The notes under the pieces: model-generated
What the model saw: only the letters and a program-made list of their open reading frames with translations
Told to the model about the DNA's origin: nothing
Database searches by the model: none
Shown here: one piece after another, positions 1-8,335 of the stretch
How the letters are laid out: each line of letters opens with the position of its first letter
Numbering within the stretch: the stretch's first letter is position 1
Made by a program: the position numbers and the translations under genes
From: Calditrichia bacterium
GTDB taxonomy: Bacteria; Calditrichota; Calditrichia; RBG-13-44-9
Direction: 5' to 3'
Length of the DNA stretch: 24,792 nucleotides
NCBI GenBank assembly: GCA_037381445.1
Contig: JARRQT010000108.1
Span: forward strand, 10,231-35,022

Positions 1-431
1 TCACAGGAACCTCGCAGGATATTATGGCGGGAATCGGTATGATTATCCTGGTTGGTGTAGTGGTCAATAATGCCATTGTGCTGGTGGATATGATAAACAG
101 ACGGCGGAGCGAAGGCCTTTCCCGGAGTGAGGCAATTCTGGATGCCGGATCACACCGCTTCCGTCCTATTCTGATGACCAGCTTTACCACCATCGGCGGA
201 CTTCTTCCCATGGCGCTCGGCAATGCGGCCATGATTGGAACGCCTTATGCCCCCATGGGATTGACGCTGATTGGGGGTCTTTTTACCAGCACCTTTTTGA
301 CGTTGCTGGCAGTACCGGTACTTTACACCCTTTTTGATGACCTGAGCCTTTTCTTCCGAAGAATAGGGCAGTGGATGTATGTGGGGAAAAAGCAGGAGGC
401 CGTAGCGCAGGAGACAATCAAGGATCAATAA
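1..431 (+). CDS. RND efflux transporter permease (AcrB/AcrD/AcrF family), C-terminal fragment, 5' truncated by the window edge
   Basis: Frame is open from position 3 (TGTSQDI then MAGIG...). RND C-terminal motifs GVVVNNAIVLVD and RFRPILMT..T..G.LP.A, then GG...ST.LTL..VP.LY. Stop TAA at 429-431. Confidence 0.93.
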   Translation, partial: TGTSQDIMAGIGMIILVGVVVNNAIVLVDMINRRRSEGLSRSEAILDAGSHRFRPILMTSFTTIGGLLPMALGNAAMIGTPYAPMGLTLIGGLFTSTFLTLLAVPVLYTLFDDLSLFFRRIGQWMYVGKKQEAVAQETIKDQ

Positions 432-471
432 ATCCGGGGCTGGTCCAAAGTTTTGGGAAAGTTAAAAAGTA

Positions 472-500
472 TTGACAACGGACTTCTCATGTATTAAATT
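472..500 (+). promoter_or_regulatory. sigma70-type promoter of the tRNA unit
   Basis: TTGACA (472-477), 17-nt spacer, TAAATT (495-500), followed by a GC-rich discriminator-like TTGCCCGCG; 35 nt upstream of tRNA-Ala. Confidence 0.75.
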
Positions 501-535
501 TTGCCCGCGTTTGGAAGTAGTGATATTTGAATTAT

Positions 536-608
<73 letters not shown>

Positions 609-632
609 CAAGTTAATTAGCTATAAGAGTTA

Positions 633-785
633 ATGGAAATCTACCTAGGAATCTTACTTCTGATTTTAGCAGCATTCAGTTACATCTTAATCAGAAAAAA
701 CAGAAGAATACTCAGAGAAAAGCAATTGTCCATATTAAATCGGATTCAGGAATCAAAGAATCCTCCTCGATTTAAGGCAGATTAG
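633..785 (+). CDS. Putative 50-aa single-pass membrane microprotein (MEIYLGILLLILAAFSYILIRKNRRILREKQLSILNRIQESKNPPRFKAD)
   Basis: ATG 633 to TAG 785, translated by hand (not in the ORF track). An 18-residue hydrophobic stretch is followed by RKNRR; weak SD AAGAG upstream; fills most of the inter-tRNA spacer. Confidence 0.55.
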   Translation: MEIYLGILLLILAAFSYILIRKNRRILREKQLSILNRIQESKNPPRFKAD

Positions 786-810
786 GAAAAATTAAAATCA
801 AAAAATTTAG

Positions 811-883
811 GGCGCCGTACCCAAGTGGCTAAGGGAGAGGTCTGCAAAACCTCCATTCAGCGGTTCGAATCCGCTCGGCGCCT
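811..883 (+). tRNA. tRNA-Cys (anticodon GCA)
   Basis: Acceptor stem GGCGCCG/CGGCGCC, anticodon stem GAGGT/ACCTC with GCA at 844-846, T-arm AGCGG-TTCGAAT-CCGCT, discriminator U883 typical of tRNA-Cys. CCA is not encoded. Confidence 0.97.
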
Positions 884-893
884 CAAGTTTCAT

Positions 894-922
894 GGCCCTG
901 AAATTTGCATGGGCCTTTTTTA
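894..922 (+). terminator. Intrinsic terminator after tRNA-Cys
   Basis: GGCCC...GGGCC stem followed by a run of six T. Confidence 0.7.
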
Positions 923-1095
923 TTTCCCCCAAAATCATCATGAAATTTTCTTAATGCATCTTTGATTAAAGCATACTCGAAAAGAGCAAATGACCGTTTC
1001 GGGAGAAAATATCTAATTTTTTAAACCTTGATTTATTTTGGTTTATTTTAGTAATTTGAGCGCAGGATAAATGCTAATATAAGCTTGGATGGAAG

Positions 1096-1716
1096 ATGGA
1101 AAAAAAGGGTATCCTCATCGGAATTTCCGGAGCAAGCGGCTCCGGCAAGACACTGGTTGCCTCCACATTACATGAACTTCTTGGTTCCGAAAAAGTAGTG
1201 AATATGCAGGAAGATTCGTATTACAAGGACCTTTCGCACCTGCCGCTGGAGGAGCGGGCCAAATTTAATTTCGATCATCCGGATGCATTCGATCACGATT
1301 TGCTCATTGAGCATCTGAAACTGGTTCTGAATGGCGAGTGCATTGAGGAACCCGTTTATGATTTCACCACCCATTCCCGCAAGAAGGAAACCCGAAAGAT
1401 AGGGCCTCACCAGATTATCATTTTGGATGGTATTCTGCTGCTAACCATCCCTGAAATCCGGGAACTGATGGATATAAAGATATTTATTGACACGCCGGCA
1501 GATGTTTGTTTTATCCGCCGTCTGCAAAGGGACATTAATGAAAGGGGAAGAACGGTCGAGTCCGTCATTCAACAGTATGAGAAAACGGTGCGCCCCATGT
1601 ATCTGCAGTTTGTTGAGCCCTCCAAGCGATATGCGGATATTATCATTCCACATGGCGGGAAGAACTTTATAGCAATAGATATTTTGCAATCCAAAATAGA
1701 AAAATTGCTTGCATAA
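1096..1716 (+). CDS. udk: Uridine kinase
   Basis: P-loop GASGSGKT, DSYY, NFDHPDAFD, PVYDF, RR..RD..ERGR, EPSKRYADIIIP.G motifs. Confidence 0.96.
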   Translation: MEKKGILIGISGASGSGKTLVASTLHELLGSEKVVNMQEDSYYKDLSHLPLEERAKFNFDHPDAFDHDLLIEHLKLVLNGECIEEPVYDFTTHSRKKETRKIGPHQIIILDGILLLTIPEIRELMDIKIFIDTPADVCFIRRLQRDINERGRTVESVIQQYEKTVRPMYLQFVEPSKRYADIIIPHGGKNFIAIDILQSKIEKLLA

Positions 1717-1840
1717 TTCAGTTTCTTTCTGATATTTGCCGCCTGCGCTGCCTTCCGGATATCATCGCAATCAAAGGCGCATGGACGGCCTGTGAAGTTC
1801 TTGATTTAAAAAGCTTTACCAGATATTTTAGGAGGAGAGA

Positions 1841-2464
1841 ATGCTACCAATTGTTCACCGTAACACCGGCTGGATTGAAGTGATCTGCGGGAGTATGTTC
1901 AGCGGGAAAAGCGAAGAGTTGATCCGCCGGCTTCGCCGGGCCATTATCGGACGGCAAAAAGTAACCATCTTCAAGCCCAAGATTGACAACCGATATAGTG
2001 AAGATCACATTGTTTCACATTCGGAACTAAAAATCCCCTCCCAGGTGGTGGAAAATGCCTGGGAAATACTTGAACAGTCTCTCGAGGCGCAGGTTGTGGG
2101 AATTGATGAAGCGCAGTTTTTTGATGATGATCTGATTCTGGTGTGCCAGAAACTGGCCAATATGGGAAAACGTGTGATCGTTGCCGGACTCGATCAGGAT
2201 TACCGGGGCGAACCTTTTGAGCCCATCCCCCAGCTGCTGGCCGTGGCGGAATATATAACCAAGACCCACGCAATCTGCATGGTTTGCGGAAATCCTGCCA
2301 ACCATACTCAGCGCATAACACAGGACAAGGAGCGGGTAGTAGTCGGTGCCGCAGGTATTTATGAGGCACGTTGCCGGAATTGTTTTGAACCGCCGCCCGA
2401 AATGAAGAAGAAGATAAAACTGGGAAAGAAAATCGGAAAGGATGCACAGGAGAGCGCTGAATGA
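1841..2464 (+). CDS. tdk: Thymidine kinase (TK1 type)
   Basis: [31 protein letters not shown], zinc-binding C..C and YEARCRNC motifs; SD AGGAGGAG upstream. Confidence 0.97.
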   Translation: MLPIVHRNTGWIEVICGSMFSGKSEELIRRLRRAIIGRQKVTIFKPKIDNRYSEDHIVSHSELKIPSQVVENAWEILEQSLEAQVVGIDEAQFFDDDLILVCQKLANMGKRVIVAGLDQDYRGEPFEPIPQLLAVAEYITKTHAICMVCGNPANHTQRITQDKERVVVGAAGIYEARCRNCFEPPPEMKKKIKLGKKIGKDAQESAE

Positions 2465-3938
2465 TTTCGAACATGCTTTTTGGCCTTTTCGGGCTGGCGG
2501 TACTCATTGGAATCGCTTTTTTATTTTCCAATAACAAGAAAAAAATTGACTGGCGCCTGGTCCTCACCGGAGTTTTTCTTCAGATTATTTTTGCCATTTT
2601 TGTTCTGCTGGTGCCAGGATTCTACCTGTCGCGGGCGATTCTATTTCTGATTCTGACCGTGATCTCTGTCCTTTTTGTATACAAATATTCCAATCAGGCA
2701 CCTTCCCAAAAAGCATTTCAGATAATCGCAAAATATATTGCAATTGGTGTAACTGTCCTTTTCGCGATCGTCTTTATCTATTCGCTCGTCAGTGACAAAC
2801 TTGTTTTTATTCCCGGCGGAGAAGAGGTCTTCATTTTACTTTTGATGGTGCACGTTTTGTTTTCGGCGCTCTTTCCTCTCAGATGCAATTCAGCAAAGCG
2901 TTCCCGCCGGAACTCCAGAATCAGGGATTCGGAATGGTGTTTGCATTCCAGGTGCTGCCGACCATTATTTTCTTCTCTTCCCTGATGTCCGTTCTTTATC
3001 ATCTGGGAATCATGCAGCGAATTGTTCAGGCCATGGCCTGGGTCATGGCGAAGGCCATGCGGGTGAGCGGCGCGGAATCCCTGTCGGTGGCGGCAAATGT
3101 GTTTATCGGTCAGACGGAAGCGCCGCTGGTGGTGCGGCCCTATGTAAATTCCATGACCAAATCGGAACTGCTAACCCTGATGATTGGCGGCATGGCAACC
3201 ATCGCGGGCGGCGTGCTGGCGGCGTATGTAAATATTCTGGGCGGAACGAATCCCCAGATGCAGATATTTTATGCCAAGCACCTCCTGTCGGCCAGTATCA
3301 TGGCAGCGCCCGCCACCATGGTTATCGCAAAGATTCTCCTGCCGGAGATCGAGGCCTCCGAGACTAAAGGAAATGTTAAGCTGCAGGTCGAAAAAACATC
3401 CGCCAATGTGATTGATGCCGCTGCTACCGGGGCGGCCGATGGCCTGAAACTGGCGCTGAATGTGGCCGCCATGCTGTTGGCATTTATCGCCCTCATTGCC
3501 ATGTTCAATTACATTTTGGAAGGTCTTGGCAGTCTTTCCGGTCTGAACACTGTCATCGGGAAACCGGTCAATCTGAACCTGATACTGGGATATGTCCTAT
3601 CACCCCTGGCCTGGGTGATAGGAGTTCCCTGGCATGATGCGATGCGGGTGGGTTCACTGATTGGAGAAAAGGTAGTCATCAACGAGTTTATTGCCTATGT
3701 TGATTTGGGCAATCTGATTCACCAGGGGCTGCTATCCGAGAAAGCCCGGATCATAGCTACTTATGCCTTATGCGGATTTGCCAATTTTTCTTCCATTGCC
3801 ATACAAATTGGGGGAATCGGCGGGATTGCGCCAAACCGCCGGGGAGATTTGGCAAAATTTGGTCTGCGGGCCGTGCTGGGAGGATCGCTGGCTACATTTA
3901 TGACCGCAACCATTGCGGGAGTCCTGAACACGCTTTAA
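2461..3938 (+). pseudogene. nupC: NupC/CNT-family concentrative nucleoside transporter, split by a frameshift near 2829 (ORFs 2461-2985 and 2883-3938)
   Basis: The 5' ORF has the CNT N-terminus (A.LFS.N.K.IDWR.V..G..LQ). The -1 frame resumes family sequence at LHFTFDGARFVFG and continues FAFQVLPTIIFFSSL, ANVFIGQTEAP, GMATIAG, NEFIAY, ALCGFANFSS. Overlaps the tdk stop by ATGA. Could be an assembly error. Confidence 0.85.
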
Positions 3939-4113
3939 AAGATTTATAATTTCCATAATTCTAAGTGAATAGATATAATTTCACTGAAAATATTTATTCG
4001 CCGCAAAAATATAATTTTCAAAAATAAAAGAAATTGCGTACTTTTGAGTTTTTAAAACCGGATATAACAGTCGAAATGAATTCCGAATAAAATCAAAGCG
4101 AGAGGACTGGGAA

Positions 4114-5841
4114 ATGAAGGGTTGGAAGCAAATAACTTTATTGATCATTATCATATTTATTGCTGTCGGCAGTTTCTATTATCTGATGTTCTCCAGTTTA
4201 TTCAAAGGTGCCCCTCCCATATCGCAAAACAGTTATCTTCAATTGAATATCTACGGTGAGGTTCCTGAAAGAAGCTCAACGAATCCTCTGCAGCGTTTAT
4301 TCGCTGGTGAGACTCCTTCGATGGATGGTTTAATTCAATGCATCAGAAAAGCCAAAATTGATCCGAAAATCTCCGGCATCATCCTGCGCCCCATTGCATC
4401 CGCCGCGGGTTGGGCAAAAATAGAGGAATTGCGCGCTACGCTGGAAGATTTCAAAGAATCAGGGAAGCCGGTTTATGTGTACCTCGAAATGGCGGGAAAC
4501 CGGGATTATTACCTTGCGCTGGAGGGCGATATGATTTTTGGTCCGGAAACCGGAAATCTGATGATCACCGGTTTTTTGGCGCAAAGCTACTTTATCAAAG
4601 GCACGCTGGACAAATTGGGAATTACTGCCGATTTTGTCAGGCACGGGAAATATAAAGATGCGCCGGAAATCTTCACCCGAAAGGACATGTCTGATGCCCA
4701 GCGCGAAGTGACCAATTCGATACTGAATGATTATTATCCCAGATACATTGATGCCATCAGTTCTGCCCGAAAGCTCACAGCGCAAAAGGTGGAAAATATA
4801 GTAAACCGGGGACTGTATACTCTCAGAGACGGTTATAATGATGGGCTCATCGATACTTTGATGTATTACAATGAGTTCAAGGACTATTTGGACAAAAAGA
4901 ACAACCGCAGGCTCCGAATCGTATCCTATTCCCGTTATAAAGATGTCCCATTCAGCAAATTAGGCGTCCGGGGAAAGGAAACCATTGCGCTCATTTATGG
5001 CCTCGGCGATATTGTTTCCGGTTTCGGGAATACTGCCCCGGAGGGCGTAATTACCTCGGAAAGCATGGCACACAGCATACGGGTGGCTGCTGATAACAAG
5101 TCCGTTAAGGCCATCGTCATGCGCATTAACAGCCCGGGCGGATCCGGCACCGCGTCGGATATCATCTGGCGGGAAGTGGTTGAGGCCAGAAAGAAAAAGC
5201 CGGTGATTGTCTCGGTATCCGATATGGCTGCCTCCGGCGGGTATTATATCAGTATGGCCGCGGACAGTATCGTTGCAGAGCCGAGCTCAATAGTAGGAAG
5301 CATAGGCGTCTTCGCCGGCAAGTTTTCCTTCAAGGGACTCTACGATAAGATCGGCGTTGACAAGGTCGAAATCCCCAGAGGCAAGAACGCCGATTTATTT
5401 TCCGATTATGATAACTTTTCCAAAGACCAGCAGCGCCTCATGCAGAATAATATCGATGAATTTTACAAGGTTTTCGTTACAAAAGCGGCCGAAGGCCGGC
5501 ATATGACCTATGAGGCGGTCGATCAGATAGCCCGGGGCAGGATATGGACCGGGGAACAGGGGCTGAAAAACGGTTTGGTTGACAAGCTGGGCGGTCTGAT
5601 GGATGCCATACAGATGGCAAAGGAAATGAGCGGTATTCCGGTTGGACAGCATGTTAAAGTGCTGATCTATCCCAAGCAGGAGACCTTTCTGCAGCGCCTG
5701 CTGAGCAGCACACTCGATGCAAAAGCAAAAATTGTAAATCAAGTTCTGCCTGGCCCGCTCAAAAATTATGCATTAGGATTTCTATATTTCAAAGACTTTG
5801 AAACACTTGCCATGATTCCATTTTACCCTGAAGTGCAATAG
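4114..5841 (+). CDS. sppA: Signal peptide peptidase SppA, long (67K-type) form
   Basis: N-terminal TM helix, tandem S49 domains, GKYK (Lys), RINSPGGS, DMAASGGYY (catalytic Ser), GSIGV, A.GRIWTG.Q...GLVD..G motifs. Confidence 0.95.
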   Translation: MKGWKQITLLIIIIFIAVGSFYYLMFSSLFKGAPPISQNSYLQLNIYGEVPERSSTNPLQRLFAGETPSMDGLIQCIRKAKIDPKISGIILRPIASAAGWAKIEELRATLEDFKESGKPVYVYLEMAGNRDYYLALEGDMIFGPETGNLMITGFLAQSYFIKGTLDKLGITADFVRHGKYKDAPEIFTRKDMSDAQREVTNSILNDYYPRYIDAISSARKLTAQKVENIVNRGLYTLRDGYNDGLIDTLMYYNEFKDYLDKKNNRRLRIVSYSRYKDVPFSKLGVRGKETIALIYGLGDIVSGFGNTAPEGVITSESMAHSIRVAADNKSVKAIVMRINSPGGSGTASDIIWREVVEARKKKPVIVSVSDMAASGGYYISMAADSIVAEPSSIVGSIGVFAGKFSFKGLYDKIGVDKVEIPRGKNADLFSDYDNFSKDQQRLMQNNIDEFYKVFVTKAAEGRHMTYEAVDQIARGRIWTGEQGLKNGLVDKLGGLMDAIQMAKEMSGIPVGQHVKVLIYPKQETFLQRLLSSTLDAKAKIVNQVLPGPLKNYALGFLYFKDFETLAMIPFYPEVQ

Positions 5842-5901
5842 GCAGAATGGAGATGTTAATTTTATTGATCCTAAAACAGAAAAGAACAGACGGTTTGGAA
5901 A

Positions 5902-6483
5902 ATGGATGTTCAAAATATATTTGAAAAAGGCAAAGTCTGGACATTATCAAATTTTTTGAGTGCAATCAGGATTGTGTTGGGTTTCTTGCTTTATTGTCTG
6001 GTTTTGCAGCATAGCACCGCTTTGGCCATTTTAACCGGACTCGTTGCCATCATTACTGATTTCGGCGATGGTTACTTTGCCCGAAAAAGAAATGAAATAT
6101 CCGAACTGGGAAAGATACTCGATCCCATCGGAGACAAAGTAACGGTTATTCTAGGAAGCATTGGATTGTATCAAACATATGGCATGCCTCTGGTAATTGT
6201 GATCATCATTATTGCCCGGGATGTTTTAATCCTATTGGGTTCCATTGTCCTGATGACAAAATTTCAGCAGGTAATTGCTTCCAGAATGCCTGGTAAAATT
6301 GCTGTAACCATTATTGCACTATTGCTCCTCGCTTATCTGCTGGAAATACATCCGGCCCAAAAACCTCTGATAATTTTAGCGATTATTGCAATCTTTATTT
6401 CTTTTACCTATTATATGCTAAGGTTTTTTAGGTTATTGCGTGAGAAATTATCTGAGGGAGAGATGTATAATGGCCCCAAGTGA
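5902..6483 (+). CDS. CDP-alcohol phosphatidyltransferase family protein (PgsA-like)
   Basis: T.SN.LS..R and the signature D..DG..AR......G..LD...DK; multiple TM segments. Confidence 0.9.
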   Translation: MDVQNIFEKGKVWTLSNFLSAIRIVLGFLLYCLVLQHSTALAILTGLVAIITDFGDGYFARKRNEISELGKILDPIGDKVTVILGSIGLYQTYGMPLVIVIIIIARDVLILLGSIVLMTKFQQVIASRMPGKIAVTIIALLLLAYLLEIHPAQKPLIILAIIAIFISFTYYMLRFFRLLREKLSEGEMYNGPK

Positions 6484-7312
6484 TTCAGCTATCAAAAAGA
6501 ATGTCCGGGAAAGCATAAAGTACATCCGGAAATCAATCTCTCTGGAACCCAAAATAGCGGTTATTCTTGGATCGGGATTGGGTGATTTTGCGGACAGTCT
6601 GGAAGATAAAATAAAAATTGCTACAGCGGATATTCCCCATTATCCAAAATCCACTGTAGAAGGACACAGGGGATTCCTGGTATTTGGAAAATTAAACGGT
6701 TTATCGGTGATGGCGGTACAGGGCCGCACCCATTATTATGAAGGCCATTCCATTCCGGAAGTTGCTTATGTGGTCAGGATTATGGCAGAAATTGGAATCA
6801 AAACATTATTGGTGACCAATGCCGCCGGAGGAGTAAATCCTCTGTTCAAACCGGGAGATTTAATGATCATTGACGATCATATCAATTTTATGTTCCGGAA
6901 TCCTCTCCGGGGACCTGTAATCGAACCGGAGACCCGCTGGACTGACATGTATCAGGCCTATGACAGGAAATGCATTCAGACCATTGAAGAAATTGGTTTG
7001 GCACTGGGTATCCCTTTGCGCAAGGGTGTGCTGTTCGCTTCTACCGGCCCAACATACGAAACCGCCTCAGAGGTAAAAATGGCGCAGAAAATGGGAGGAG
7101 ACGCTGTGAGTATGTCAACGGTTCCGGAAGTCCTGATTGCCAGGAGCCGCGGAATTAAAGTCGCCGGAATCTCCTGCATCACAAATATGGCAACCGGAAT
7201 CAGCAAAACAGCTCTATCCCATAGGGAGGTCACTGAAATCGCGAATCAAGTGAAGGATAAATTTCAAAAACTAATCCGGGAAATATTAATAAAGCTGGGA
7301 AATGCAGCATAA
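6470..7312 (+). CDS. punA: Purine-nucleoside phosphorylase (trimeric PNP/XapA-type)
   Basis: ILGSGLG, STV.GH.G, QGR.HYYEG, TNAAGG, GP.YET..E, MSTVPE, ITN.A.G motifs. Start placed at ATG 6470 behind GAGGGAG rather than at 6440. Confidence 0.93.
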   Translation: MAPSDSAIKKNVRESIKYIRKSISLEPKIAVILGSGLGDFADSLEDKIKIATADIPHYPKSTVEGHRGFLVFGKLNGLSVMAVQGRTHYYEGHSIPEVAYVVRIMAEIGIKTLLVTNAAGGVNPLFKPGDLMIIDDHINFMFRNPLRGPVIEPETRWTDMYQAYDRKCIQTIEEIGLALGIPLRKGVLFASTGPTYETASEVKMAQKMGGDAVSMSTVPEVLIARSRGIKVAGISCITNMATGISKTALSHREVTEIANQVKDKFQKLIREILIKLGNAA

Positions 7313-7341
7313 AAAAAGGCCGGATTTGTTTCGGCCTTTTT
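7311..7341. terminator. Bidirectional intrinsic terminator between convergent genes
   Basis: A-run, GGCCG, loop, CGGCC, T-run: a U-tract follows the stem on both strands. Confidence 0.85.
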
Positions 7342-7362
7342 CATATAAATTTCCCGTTGTTA

Positions 7363-7839
7363 TCATTTCAAAATAGCGGCGAGAACAATACCCAGAATCA
7401 GCCATAATGGAATGGAAAACAGGAGCGCCCAGGCAAATCCCTGAACAGTTTTTAAGCGTTCTTTTAAGGTTCGTTTCTCAAAAGCCCTCTCGATCCTCAG
7501 TTTCACATCTTCCATATGAAAAGGCTTGGTAATATAATCGTATGCTCCCTTTTTTATCGCTTCCACTGCAGTTTCAATGGAAGGATAGCCTGTGATCATT
7601 AGAAAAATGACTTCCTTATCCAGCGTGCGGATCCTCTTCAAAAGCTCAAGACCATCAATATTTGGCATTAGAAGATCTGAAATAACAAGATCGAACTCGC
7701 CTTTTTTATATTTAGCCAGGGCATCCTGCCCGTCAATTGCAGTGACCACATTATAATTCATATTCTCGAGGTAATTAGAAAGAACTTCACGGATATTTTC
7801 CTCATCATCGACAACCATTACCCGTCCTAATTTACTCAT
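7363..7839 (-). CDS. Response regulator receiver protein with a C-terminal transmembrane helix
   Basis: VVDDE, ISD(L)LMP, ITG, YITKPF receiver motifs; C-terminal FAWALLFSIPLWLILGIVLAAILK; SD AGGAGGAG on the minus strand. Confidence 0.93.
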   Translation of the reverse strand: MSKLGRVMVVDDEENIREVLSNYLENMNYNVVTAIDGQDALAKYKKGEFDLVISDLLMPNIDGLELLKRIRTLDKEVIFLMITGYPSIETAVEAIKKGAYDYITKPFHMEDVKLRIERAFEKRTLKERLKTVQGFAWALLFSIPLWLILGIVLAAILK

Positions 7840-7925
7840 CGCTCCTCCTATGGCATATTTTCATAAAATATAAATCTTCATTATAATAAATCAAAAATAA
7901 AATTAAAGTGACAATGCATACTATA

Positions 7926-7951
7926 TAATCGACAATTCAGGCCAAACTTTA
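7926..7951 (-). promoter_or_regulatory. Candidate sigma28 (FliA/SigD/WhiG-type) promoter
   Basis: Minus strand reads TAAAGTTT-N10-GTCGATTA versus consensus TAAAGTTT-N11-GCCGATAA; about 90 nt upstream of the receiver-TM gene. Confidence 0.5.
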
Positions 7952-8279
7952 AGGAATATCTTCTCCCTTATTTTTTAATCTGAGAGCAGGCTATTCCAGT
8001 AGAATACCGAACTCCAATAAAAATATGTGTGGCCCTCCCGTGAGAATTGTCATAATAATTTGGTTGTTTCTTAATAAAAAATTCCTGAAATTTAGGACTG
8101 TTTTTGTCATTAGTTGACGATATGACCATGTTGATTTTACAGTGAAGGTTTATGCGAATGGAGAACTGAAACCAACCGTCCCGGCATATGAAGGAGGGAT
8201 GAAATCCTGCCATTCGTCCTCATGAAATCACGATGCAACTGCAATTTATTTAATCATTGATTTTAATGCTAAAAACTCA

Positions 8280-8308
8280 TTGATTTACTTATAGAAATTG
8301 GATATTTT
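8280..8308 (+). promoter_or_regulatory. Candidate sigma70 promoter for the lapA operon
   Basis: TTGATT-N17-TATTTT, 27 nt upstream of ATG 8336 (SD GAGGT). Confidence 0.4.
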
Positions 8309-8335
8309 TTTAGTCAAATAATCCGAGGTAACCAT

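Noticed and set aside
1801..1829. TTGATT-N17-TATTTT upstream of tdk
   Set aside because: The predicted start site would fall inside the SD sequence (about 1836), so it is doubtful as a promoter.
3964..3985. Inverted repeat AGTGAA-N10-TTCACT after nupC
   Set aside because: Only 6 bp in AT-rich DNA, with no U-tract and the wrong spacing for a CRP site.
7968..8213. 81-aa minus-strand ORF with a GAGGA upstream
   Set aside because: No recognisable motif or protein-like pattern; it lies in an AT-rich divergent promoter region and overlaps the candidate RNA structure. Not excluded, but unsupported.
8191..8225. AAGGAGG followed by ATG (MKSCHSSS*)
   Set aside because: The SD is only 1 nt from the ATG, too close for efficient initiation, and the peptide is 8 aa.
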